From positions 17,238,012 to 17,302,011 of the forward strand of contig JARFYF010000058.1 in NCBI GenBank assembly GCA_030265395.1: DNA of 64,000 nt, read 5' to 3'. This DNA is from Rhina ancylostomus. Its lineage: Eukaryota. Made by a program: the position numbers and the translations under genes. The notes under the pieces are model-generated. The model was not told the DNA's origin. It saw only the letters and a program-made list of their open reading frames with translations, and made no database searches. Positions 12,699 to 23,794 of this stretch are shown here, in pieces. Within the stretch, counting starts at the first letter, position 1. The number at the start of each line of letters is the position of its first letter.

Positions 12699-13785
12699 TA
12701 ATTGTAAATACAATGAGTAACTGTAAAGAGGTCCTTTTTATTAAAAGCTGACTTTTATAATAAATTAAGTGGAATAGCTGGTCAATGAATGGATGGTCAG
12801 AGGGATAATTTCCCTGCTCCATGTGTCCAAAATTAAGGAGCAGTAGAGCTTTATTGCTGCTGATGCATCAAAGAATTCATCACATTATTCTGAAAAAAAG
12901 TAACAAATATATGGAGCAAATAAATATACTGGAATATAAAACTAAAAGTGTTTTCATGTATAAAATCTATATTTAGATTTATATACTGTAAATGCCCAGT
13001 CAGATTGTTAATTGTTTAAATTTCATGTCACTTGTGGCCATCCTGCACTAAAGTCAATCTGTGAACAGTTAGGTGAATGTGGATGCAGATTTAAGTTATA
13101 TTACTAATTCTACTTTTTAATTAAAAAAATCCTTCCATCAACCACCTTCAACTAGTTTTTCCAGTTGTTATAATAGTGAAGAAGCGAAAATCTAAAGCTG
13201 CACTTGCATGATCCCACCATTGAGTGGTACGCAAAGCCTGAAGTGTTTGCACCGGAGAAATTCCAGTATTTCTGAAAGGCATTTTCTTAGAATTAGTTTT
13301 GGACCTCGCTTGTTTTCCTCAGATCTCACTTTAGATCAATTAATGAAAACCAATCACAAAAGTTTAGCATTATTGACATGCATGCTTTTAGATGCTTCCC
13401 AAAATGGAGTGAACAAATCAAAATTGACTTTGTTATCTAGCATTATCTTTGTCGGTAGCTTTCCAACATACTGCTTTTAAAGTATGCGTGCTTCAGATCT
13501 AGACTGTGCTTGGAAACCAACTGTCTACATTAATATCTTTACAATGTACATGCATTTTTTTGCCAGTTTCAGTCACCTTCCTGCCTCCAGTACTGTGTAG
13601 ACGTGGCATCCCAGATAAATGTACAGCATCATCAGTAAATAAAATTAATGTTTTCATTGTTTTGATCGCTACAGTTAAAAACAAATTCATATCTAACACT
13701 TACAAAATGTGATCTTTAATCAGCATGAAATGATGCTGTTAACCAGATTATATTCGTAATGGATCTTACAAGTGAACTTAAATAA

Positions 13786-13935
13786 ATCATAGAATCACAG
13801 AGGCAAGGAGTCATGCAGCAAGAAAACAGGCCCTTTGGTCCACCAAGTGTGCACTGATTGTCAAGCACCCATTTACATTAATCTCTACTTCTTTATTCTT
13901 CCCATCAGCTCCTCCCAGATTCACTCTTCTATGTC
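13786..13935 (-). mobile_element. 3' part of an HE1-type SINE (CR1-derived tail)
   Basis: Reverse complement resembles the tail of the SINE at 17740-17860. Confidence 0.6.
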
Positions 13936-14283
13936 CTTGGCAATTTTCTAATGGTTCAGTAACCAAGAATAGCACTGGTGCTTGATTTGAGGATGGAGGC
14001 TGGGAATGGGTTATTCCAGTTTTCCCTGGAATTGGCAAAAGCAGAGTAACTGGGAATATCAGCTTTTGCTTTGGCGTGCTGATGAGAGATTTTGGTGTTC
14101 TGAGACGTTGAAGGATTGGATTCTTTATCAAGAAAGGCATTTTATAAGTGTGTCAAGTTCTCAGACAATATGTACTTAGGTTCTAATTAGGTTGGTCACT
14201 ATTCATGCACATTAATTTTCATTCTTCTCTGAAAAATTATACAACGTGAATTTGAAAATCATAAATAAATTCTATTTTTACAG

Positions 14284-14304
14284 ATCCAGGAGAGATGGGT
14301 ACAG
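14284..14304 (+). other. Candidate 21-nt microexon
   Basis: tctatttttacag|ATCCAGGAGAGATGGGTACAG|gtaaga. Strong acceptor and donor, length a multiple of 3, open in all frames. No neighbouring exon identified. Confidence 0.3.
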
Positions 14305-14314
14305 GTAAGAGCAG

Positions 14315-15445
14315 TTCATAGAATTAGAGAACCTTAGGGACTTACAGCACAGGAGGAGGCTATTCAACCCATTGTATCCAGACTGACCAAAATTGGACGA
14401 CCTTGGTTAATCCCATTTTCCACCTCAAAGGTTCTTACCTTTGATGGCTCTTCAAGTGCTGATCCAGGTACATCTCAACTATGGTGAGAGTCATTACCAT
14501 GCCACCTTTCCATACCAGTGATTTCCACACCCCTCCACTTAACTGAACGGCAATTTTTATTCACTCCCCTCACTGATTAACTTAAATCTCCAACCCCCAG
14601 TTATTCCCCTTCGTGCTGAAGGAAATAGGTCCCTTCTAATCATACTATCATACTATCTAAACATTTCATAATTTTATACACATTGATTAAATTTACCCCA
14701 ACCTACTTCATTCTGTGGAAAATAACTGCAGGCTAGACAGGCTTTCCTCATAACTATAATGCTCCAGCCCTGGTAACATCCTTGGTAAGTCCTTTCTGAT
14801 ATCTTTCCAGTTTAATATCATCCTTACTGCAGAGTGGTGACTGTGAACATGTCTCTAACTTTAGTCTAATTATGTTTTATACAGTTCTACCATGTCCTCC
14901 CTGGTGTTGTATTCTGTGCCTCAGTCAATTTATTTTCTTAACCACCTTATCTACATGTCCTGCTACCTTCAGGGATTTGTGGACATGGCCTCCAAGATCC
15001 CTTTGTACACCTACACTTCATTCTATTCAAATGTTTATCTCTTTCTGATGCAGGGTTTTGACCTGAAACATTGACAATTCCTTTCACCCCAACAGATCCT
15101 CCAGCTGATTGCTTGTTGCTCCAGATTCCACTATCTACAGTCTCTTGTGTCTCCAATGTTTATTAATATTCCCTTGTTTATTTACCCTATCCAAATGCAT
15201 TACTCCACATGTCTCTGAAATGAATTCCATTTGTCACTTCTAAGCCCATCTAACCAACTGATTGTTATTTACCTGCAGCCTGAAGCTTTCTTTATCAATG
15301 TCAACCACACTGTCGGTTTTTGTACTGTCAATAGTACTGGGTTCTAGTTTTATGTCTAAATCATTTAAACCCAGTCATATACCTCACAAAATGTGAGGCC
15401 TTGTACTGAACCCTGTGGAACTTCAACACACACAGTCCTCCAGTA
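14315..15445 (-). mobile_element. Old CR1 LINE, 3' ~1.1 kb, interrupted by a Penelope-type repeat
   Basis: CR1 3' end at about 14315-14420 and degenerate RT out to gtactgaaccctgtggaac (reverse PQGSVL-like). Confidence 0.8.
15039..15154 (+). mobile_element. Penelope-type terminal repeat with degenerate hammerhead core
   Basis: ctgatgc-agggttttgacct-gaaacatt at 15045-15072. Flanked by the 9-bp direct repeat aatgtttat (15030-15038, 15155-15163). Confidence 0.7.
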
Positions 15446-17309
15446 GGGATTAACTTTCACTGAGCAGTATCTCAATAGAAGGCATCAGTCCAGAAAAAAA
15501 ACTATGCTTTCTTAAATCTGAATTATCTTTGTTGCCAGATAGTGAAAGTTGCCTCAGGATATTTCATATGTTTGGCAAAATTTCAACACAAATTTAGTGA
15601 AGACTGCACTTCTTTAAAGTCCATCTTACACACTTTGCCTTGCTTGGGACAAATCACAAGTGAATGTTATTATGATAATATAATGTTTTGTATACCCTGA
15701 TTAATAATGTGACTTGGCCATCCACTTGGATGCTAAATTAAATTTAATCATTGATATGATCAATTCTTAATTTGTTTGCCTGTAGAAGGAAAGGGAAATA
15801 AGCAGTCTGTTGATTCTTTTGCTCAAGAGTAAGTTGCCTGCCACGACTTCACGAAACATCTGTGTTGCAAGCTGCAAAGTGGTCTGCAGCTTGCTTATAT
15901 TGTCTGTCTCTCCCATCTGGAACAGTTATTGCAGAATTTACCAGTCACCCAAAGGTTCAGGAAATGGTTTGAAAATGGAGCAAATAATTAAATTATAAAA
16001 GGAAATTCCGTCTGCCACTTTGAAGAGTTGTTCAATGTCTTATATGCTAAGAGGTATTGCTATTCCTTAAAATAATCAATTACTTTTTTTGCATAATCTT
16101 AAAGAGGTTTATGAGAGTACTGTCCTGTAATGAGTCAGAATTCAGGAATGTTCCTGGCTGAGTGTCTGTTATTCCATTCTAAATTTAATAGCAGTGCACA
16201 GATTCTCTAAGTTTTGTTGCTAGGTTTAAAAATTATATGAAGTACTATATGAAAACAGAAATGGGCCTCATTTTGTCTGGGGTGGGGGAATTTTTAGTAG
16301 TTTACATTTTAAGACATTTGTGATTTTGGTTTTCATTGTTGTATTTCAGGTGACAGCTATCTCTTGTAATATTCATGCTTTTGGATCCCAACCACTATAC
16401 TATTTTCTGCCCCGAGCTCATTCACCAGAAAGCTGGACCTCTCTGTTTAATGACTATTAAAGAAGTTGATGATGTCTTTTACCTTAATACCGATGGGTTG
16501 AGAATAGTCCATATCTGTGAACTGTGATCCAATAGGAAAACTGATGTTATTTATTGCCAAAAAAAGCAAAACTGTGTAGCTAAAAGATTTTTCAAAAGAC
16601 AGGAAATCATCATTCTGTAAATAATGATTTGTGCTTGGAGCTGGGCTTTCTGTTCTTGGTAAACAGAAATACACATCTGTCTGACTCCAGGTTATGTGTA
16701 ACATTACACTACAGCTTTACTGAAAATGTGACTTTACGTAAAGAAGACAATTATAACATCTCAAAGTTCTTTATGATTTTATGTAAAATTCTTATTTTGC
16801 TTAGATTTGTTCAAGCCCATCCCATCTGTTGTGTCTTGGGAGACCTGGTAACGTACTGTGATAGCCTATACTTTTTCCTGCTTATACTGTGGTTTCACAG
16901 GCTAGTTTTGTTCAGTGAGGATGAATCCAATACAGCTGAAGCTTTCTTCACTACCTCCCACCTTGGTGGTTCAGAATCAGTCTGGTTTAGGACTGAGAAG
17001 AGCCAATACATACTTTGCTAATTAATATGGTCTGTGACTGATAAAGACCGATGGGATTTGAACTTGGCATCAAAATCATGGTTAAAAGGATAACTGCTTA
17101 GGCGTATTTAAGCTTAAAGTGATAGATTTAGTCGGAGGTCTGTTCTTCGTCTAACTGCTTGAGATAAGCTGTGATTCTCAATTCTGAACTAATTTCAACT
17201 AAAATAAGTTGTTTTCTTTTGTTTAAAATAATAAAAACAGACCAGATCATGGTAAATCTGGCTTGTTTCCCTGATTTGCTGCCTTTGAAACCTACTTACT
17301 TGCAATTAC

Positions 17310-18230
17310 TTTTTCTGATATGGAGAGCTGAAGACCTTCTCCCTCCACACCTGAGAGGATTCCACAAGGTGACGTGGGGTGCTTGCTGCTGTCACATGCT
17401 TTAGAATTGGTTTAAAATGTCAGAGATGTTTAAACGGTTAAATTAAATTAAATAATTTTAAAAATTATTTATTGTTTTAAAAAGCAAAGCAGTATGTTAT
17501 TTTAGGGTGGCACACTGGTCCAGTTTGTAGAGCTGCTACTTTGCAGCACTAGAGAACAGGTTTGGGCCTGACCTCAGATGCTGTCTGCATGAAGTTTGGA
17601 CATTCTTCCGGTGACTGCATGGGTTTCCCTCAGATGCTCCGGTTTCTTTCCCACATCCCAAATGCGTGTGGGTTGGTAGGTTAATTGGCCACTGTATATT
17701 GCCCCTGCTTTATAGGTAAGCGGTAGAGACTGGGGGGAGTTGATGAGAATGTGGGAGAAAAAAATGCAATAAATGAAGGATTAGTGTAAATGGGTGATTC
17801 ATGATCAACATGGACTCTGTGGGCCGAAGAGCCTGATTCTGTGTTGTATCTCTTCATGTCTGTAAAACATCCTAAAATACTAACAGATAATCAAAATAAA
17901 ATAAAATAATTTGTACAGTTCCCTGTACTTACCTTTTCCACAGAAATGGTGACCCCTTTCAAATTAATAACTGTAGACCAGCCAGCCCTGGTGTAAAACT
18001 GAGGGACCATTTGTGAAGGGCATCTGGAACCTTTCCTCAGTGAGTCACTGGTCCATCACTGGACTTAATGGTGACCTAGCCTCCAGATTCTCTGTGTGAC
18101 CTCTGCAATTGGTCAAGCAAGCACTTGAGTCTGAAGTGAGTCTCACTGAAATGAGTGAGTTGCAAATAACATATGGCTGATGGTTCCCAATAGAACTGCT
18201 GCCTGCCAGTCTGCTTGACTTGGCTCATTC
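17310..18230. mobile_element. AT-core dispersed element (same family as 1-560), split by a V-SINE
   Basis: AT-rich core on both sides of the SINE. cttacc...ggtgacccctttc at 17928-17960. Confidence 0.45.
17505..17860 (+). mobile_element. Full-length HE1-like V-SINE with CR1-type tail
   Basis: tRNA-like head gggtggcac..., V-domain gggtttccctcagatgctccggtttctttcccaca, tail gtgggccgaagagcctg...tgtatctct. Confidence 0.85.
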
Positions 18231-18439
18231 CTTTCAGTTCTGTGAGCATGGCTGATGTTCAGTTAAACGTATTGAGTGACCATATTCAATTTAAATCTGC
18301 ACCTAGATCTAAAAGGAACACAAAAGTGGTGTCAGCTCTTTGATCATAATATATAATACACCATTCTATCTTCTGCTGCCGAATGATGAAATTAAAGCCA
18401 TTTTCTATGGTTGTAACTACTCACCAATGCTCATTTTGA

Positions 18440-18720
18440 TTCAGCTTCAGACCTTGTCACATCCTTTATCCAACCATGGATCAAAGAGTTGAATTCTAGA
18501 AGTGAGGTGAGAGCGATTGTACTTGACATCAAGGCAGCATTTGACTGACTGCACCATCAAGGAACCTTGGCAAAATTAAAGTCAATGGACATCAAGAGGA
18601 AAACACACAAATGATTGGAGAATGGAAGATAGTTGTGTTTGTTGGCGGTCAAGTATTCTCGCTCCAGGACATCGGGCAGGGTCCTAGGATCAGCCATGTT
18701 CAGTTAGTTCCTCCATAGGT
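18440..18720 (+). mobile_element. Old CR1/L2-group LINE RT fragment
   Basis: Encodes EVRAIVLDIKAAFD. Same family as 7385-8190. Confidence 0.7.
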
Positions 18721-20629
18721 AAATATTTGTTGAAAATACAAATATATGACTACTCTTTATCCAAATATCCCAAATATCCACTACATTACCCTTCCTGCCC
18801 TTCTAGTTAATTCTTAAAAAAATACAGTCAGTCTAACAATACATTTTCCTTTTGGTATGTGCCTATAACTTCTGTTATATTTTGGTTTCTAAATGTTATT
18901 CCATTAGAAATGTAATTCAAACTTTCATTACCGTTCCTAGCCCAGGATAAGAAGAATTCACCTGCATGATGCAGGGGTTTTGGTCACATAGCAACTACAC
19001 ACTGAGAGAGTGAAGTCCCTCATGGTTCAAGTTGACTTGAAGTGTACACAGTATGCAGCTAGTCAATAACGTCTTGCACCATGAGTAAGTGTGTGCTCAA
19101 TCCACTTGCTTGCCTTTAGCAAGAGGGAATGAAGTAAAGCTGACTTTTTTGGTAAATGGAACCTCGGTTTCCCCTAATGCTGCAAACTGCAAGACATTGC
19201 CTATATCTCCAGCAGCCACCAGGAAAAGTCAAATACATACTGTACATCAAGAACCATACATGCTTGGTAGGTACAGGCAAAGCAGTCCTTGCCCTTTAAT
19301 TGTGGTTTCAGGTATGTCTGATTTTGGTTGCATCTTCTGTTATCAGGCAAAACTGTTCCAATCATTGGTCATTGCTAAAGTTCGGGCAGGAGAATTGACT
19401 CTTAAAGATCCTCTTATTGAGAGCAACCTCCCCACCATCTCATCCCCATTACTTCCTCTTCTTGAGTCTGGTTCTGCTCTCTCTGGTGTCTGTTCATTCA
19501 TCCAGACATGCTCCTCTGTTATCCATGGATAACAGTAATTTAATTCAGCATGGGTCTTTTACTCAACCAGAAGCCATATATTCCTCCTGACAATTGAAAC
19601 TTCTGGCAATTAATGCTACAGAAATAAACAGAATTCCATCAGTAGTGAGAAGATATAATCCAACACGAGCCCATAAGGAGTTTGTAATTTTTCTTAGCAG
19701 TACCTGTTAGGATTCCTTCCTGTTATTCAATGTTGGCTTTATCTCTGCAAGGTTTTAAGTAGGGTATTGGCCAGAGCATGCCATTTGAAAGTGGTGACGT
19801 TGGTATCAAACCAATATTAGACACTAACTTATACTGCTTGTGGCTATTGGCTGCATGTGCAGAAGTTCCACTGACAATATAGTGCCCATGTACTTTCCAC
19901 TAAAAATGTATGGAGGCATCTTAGACCCATTTTTGAGAGACAGCTACATGGCACCTGAACAATGGTTGTTGCATAACCCAACATTTTCCCACAATGAAGT
20001 TTTCTGAAGGCTATGTTTTGTTTGTTTTTGCCAGTGTTTCCAAAGTACATTCAGGTTTCTCTCTAAATGTAACTTGCTGTGAATATTCTGTTGAGTTTCA
20101 GCTGTAGAGAAAGGGCTTGTTGAATTTTCTGTGGTTAATGGGTTCTAAATAATGATTTGTAGTATCTTACCATCCTATTATGGTTTTTAATTGTAAGTGG
20201 TAGTCTTACCAATAGTAGTGAAGCATAGGCCACTGAGTAAATTAAGGCTTCCCTTTCCGGATTCAAGGTATGGTTATTTATCACTATTTACCTTCCACAC
20301 TATACGTTAACCCCCTAGTTTAGAGTAATATGGATAAGTAAATAATTCCTAGCACACTTTTAATCACTGTACCTTGTCAGTATCTGCTGCAGGAAACCAG
20401 CCACAAGGATCAATTATTAAGTCATGCAGAATATTGGTATTTCTGGTTGCCATCCAGCAAACTATCAAGCATTCATATAGTTCAAAATAAATATGTTTTA
20501 ATTTATATTTGAAGCTATCACATCCTGTGCAACCTATCAAATAGTGGGATGAGTTCATGTTTCAATTTAGTGATTGATATGTTACACCATTTGTCCAAAA
20601 GCATAACCACTTCTGTGGTTGGCAATGAC

Positions 20630-20815
20630 AATCAGAATCAGGTTTATTATCACTGACATATGTCATGCAATGTGTTGTTTTGCAGCAGCAGTACAGTGCA
20701 AGGCATAAAAATTACTATGTTACAAAAATAAATAAATTGTGCAAAAGAGTAATAGCAAGGTAGTGTTCATGGGTTCATGGACCGTTCAGAAATCTGATGG
20801 TGGAGGGGAAGAAGG
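20630..20815 (-). mobile_element. Rex1/Babar 3' end
   Basis: Reverse strand reads FFPSTIRFLN, then a 3'UTR and a (tgattc)n tail. Confidence 0.75.
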
Positions 20816-21379
20816 ACCTATTGAAAGGATAGGTTCACCCTGGTTCTGTCTTTTTCTCTTTTATCTATTTTAATGTTCAAAAAGGGGAAAAATAAAACAA
20901 TTACAATTAAGTGTTTGAATGTATGAAGACACCATGTATATGGAGCACAGAATGTAGATACATTTCTCGATCAGCAGGTGGGATAACGAAGTCTCGCTCA
21001 AAATCATAAGTAGATCTAATTAGCACCATTAAATTTATAAATTATTCAAGTATCATTCAGTTTAATTCTACTATTGATTATTTGATGATGACATTTTGTA
21101 TTTGAGTCTGGAGTTATTTCTCAATTTATATTGCATGTGATAGGTACGGTCATGCAGAAACAAACCAAAGCTAATTGTAGAATAGATCCTGTGGGTAACC
21201 ATATATTTATTATTGACCAAGTATATTTCCAACTGTATGTACATGATTTATAGACATTGCTTTGTAAGTATGTTTGTGTAAAGTAAAACCAAATGAAAAG
21301 TAATAATTATCCCTTTTTTCTCAGTTCATGTTCTCTATGTTAGAACTGTTTTCCATATAAGTAATGGATATACTTTGTT

Positions 21380-22380
21380 TAACTGCTTGCTTATTGGGAA
21401 GGAACTCAAAAGAATATTCTTGCAAGACAGTATTTTTCAGGATTAAAATTGGCTAACATTTAAAGAATTAATACACAGTTTACAACAAATCCAGCAAAGG
21501 CACAAAACCCCAATGGAAGTTAAAGATTGCATTAGATCCAAGGAAAAGACTCATACAGTTGCCATGAAGAGCAGAAAGACTGAGGATTGGGAAAATTACA
21601 GAATTCAGCAAAAGAGGACCAAGACATTCCTTTTTTTAAAAAAAGGAAAGTAGAATGTGAGAGCAATCCAGTTGCAAACATGAAAGTGGATTGTGAAAGC
21701 TACTATAGAGATGTAAATAGGAAAAGTTAAGCAAATGTTGATATGAGTCCTTTACAGACTGAGACAGGAGAAATTATACGGGGGAATGAGGAAATGGCAG
21801 AGAAGTTAAACAAATACTTTTTTCACCGAAGAAATAAAACCCTTCTAGAGATAGTACATAAAATTTGTTAGAATTTTATGAATTTGAAACTAGTGGAGTA
21901 GAAAAGAGGGAAACCTGTGGTCAATTTGGTCTTGCTGAGGGCCTCCCAGAAGGTGGCATGCAAGGTCATTAAAAAAAATTAGAGCGATGGTATTGAAGGT
22001 AATATATTGGCGTGGGTCAGGAATTGGTAAATGGACACAAAACAGTGATTAGAAATAAACTGGCTGTTCTCCATTGGGAGGCTGCAGCACGGATCAGTGT
22101 TCAGACTCCACCTAATACTGATATCAATGACTTGGATGAGGGATCAAGTATAATATATCCAAGTGTGTTGATGATACAAAGCTGGGTGACAGTGTAGGCT
22201 GTGAGAATGGTGCACAGGGGCTTTGGGAGATATAAATTGGCTGAGAGACTGGTTGTGGACATGGCAGATGGAATAGAATGTGGAAATATGAGGTTTTCCC
22301 CTTTGGTGGAAAAAATAAAAACATTTTTTTTAAAGTTGTTGATTTGTGGAGGGTCTTGGGTGTGCTTGTACATTAATCTA
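21380..22380 (+). mobile_element. Old CR1 ORF2, internally deleted
   Basis: GNEEMAEKLNKYF tether motif, INDLDEG RT motif and WQME-like motif. Confidence 0.75.
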
Positions 22381-23629
22381 TCAACCAGACAGCCCCATAA
22401 ACAGTGGAGTTACCTCAGCAACCTTGGTCTCACCCTATCCTTTGTCCTATCCATCCCTCCCCACCCTTTCCGAAACTTATTTGTCTTCTCATTTCTTCAA
22501 CTGAAATGTTAACTCTTTCTCTTTCCATAGGTACTGCCTGACTAGCTGAGTGCTTCCAAAATTTCTAGTAAGTTATCATAACTGAGAATAAACAATCTTG
22601 TCTCAGATTGTCAAACATTGCATCGTCANNNNNNNNNNNNNNNNNNNNNNNNNNNNNNNNNTGCTATTTCTGCTCCTTTCTCTGGAACAGCTGGCTACAG
22701 ATTCTCCATTTTATTCAAGGGCACATCTCTGCTACGTCCCTATCTCATTTGTCAAGGCATCTAGTTCTGTGAAAAAAATTTTGGTTTGGCCTCTCTCACA
22801 TGTTTGGACATTGCTCAATGTATTACAGCATAGATTCTGTTTTCAACAAGCTCCACTTCTTGTATCCACAGCATTCCCCCCCTTCTTAAAGGGGAGGAAT
22901 ACTAGCAACACTAGCCACACGCAACATTGGGTCCCCTATTGACGGATGTAGCTAATGAACAATGAGGAAGGTTTTTGGCTGCTTGCAGAAATCATTTAAA
23001 ACAGAAGCATCAACAATTAGGGTGCTGTCTGCAATGGAATAAATGGCAGGGGTTAATCACATCCTGCCGTGCCTTTGTCCATTTTCAGGAGTTATCAAGT
23101 TCAACCACTGCTAGCTTTAATGAACTCAAATGCAACGTTAAAGACTTAACAGGGAAGTGAATCAGACTATCTCAGAGGAACCTGCACACGATCCTAAAAT
23201 CAGCTATGAAGTGTGACCTCCCCAATTCATCATGGGAAAATAATTTTTCAACATATATAACATATGTTATTTGTTTTTAAAGATAAATAGAATTGTGCAT
23301 AAAACAAGACTGATTAAATTGGCCTGTCATTAATTAAACATCTGAAAGTGATAAATGAGATCCAAATGGTAATACGTTAAAAACTTCATGTCTGCTGTTG
23401 CTCTGCTTATTGTTAACATTCCTCAGCTGGACCCAAAATGCTTTTAATGATTATGTGCTGGAGGCAGCAAGAATTCAGACTTTTTTTTTTGAAATTTGAT
23501 GTATGTTCCTCCTTTTTCTAATTTTTCAGATACACTCTTACCATGAATCACTCCGAAGTTCTACACCTCTCACACCTTTATAGTTTACTCGCTGGGTGAT
23601 AAATGTTATTCAACTGATTGAAGGATTTC

Positions 23630-23790
23630 TTCTTTTTCTTAGGCAGTCTCTTGGTATTCAGGATGACTTGCTTCCACTCAGGTTTTTTTGGTTCAGAAGT
23701 GACTGATGCCAATGTGGTAACCACTGATTGTTCCACAGATGGGAAGGAGGTGCCTGACGGATGGGAGGGTTGGCAGTTTGTGAGGTGATG
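23630..23790 (-). mobile_element. RTE LINE 3' end
   Basis: Reverse strand EWKQVIL...LPKKKK with an (aag)n tail. Matches 29055-29110 on the + strand. Confidence 0.7.
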
Positions 23791-23794
23791 CACT

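Noticed and set aside
16805-17021. Apparent two-exon chain (16805-16847 and 16901 onward) in frame with the microexon
   Set aside because: The intervening intron would be only 53 nt, too short for typical vertebrate splicing, and the peptide is not recognisable.
19089-19532. 147-aa ORF
   Set aside because: No motif on the + strand. The minus strand shows a GGxVAL-like LINE endonuclease remnant, so it is probably decayed repeat.
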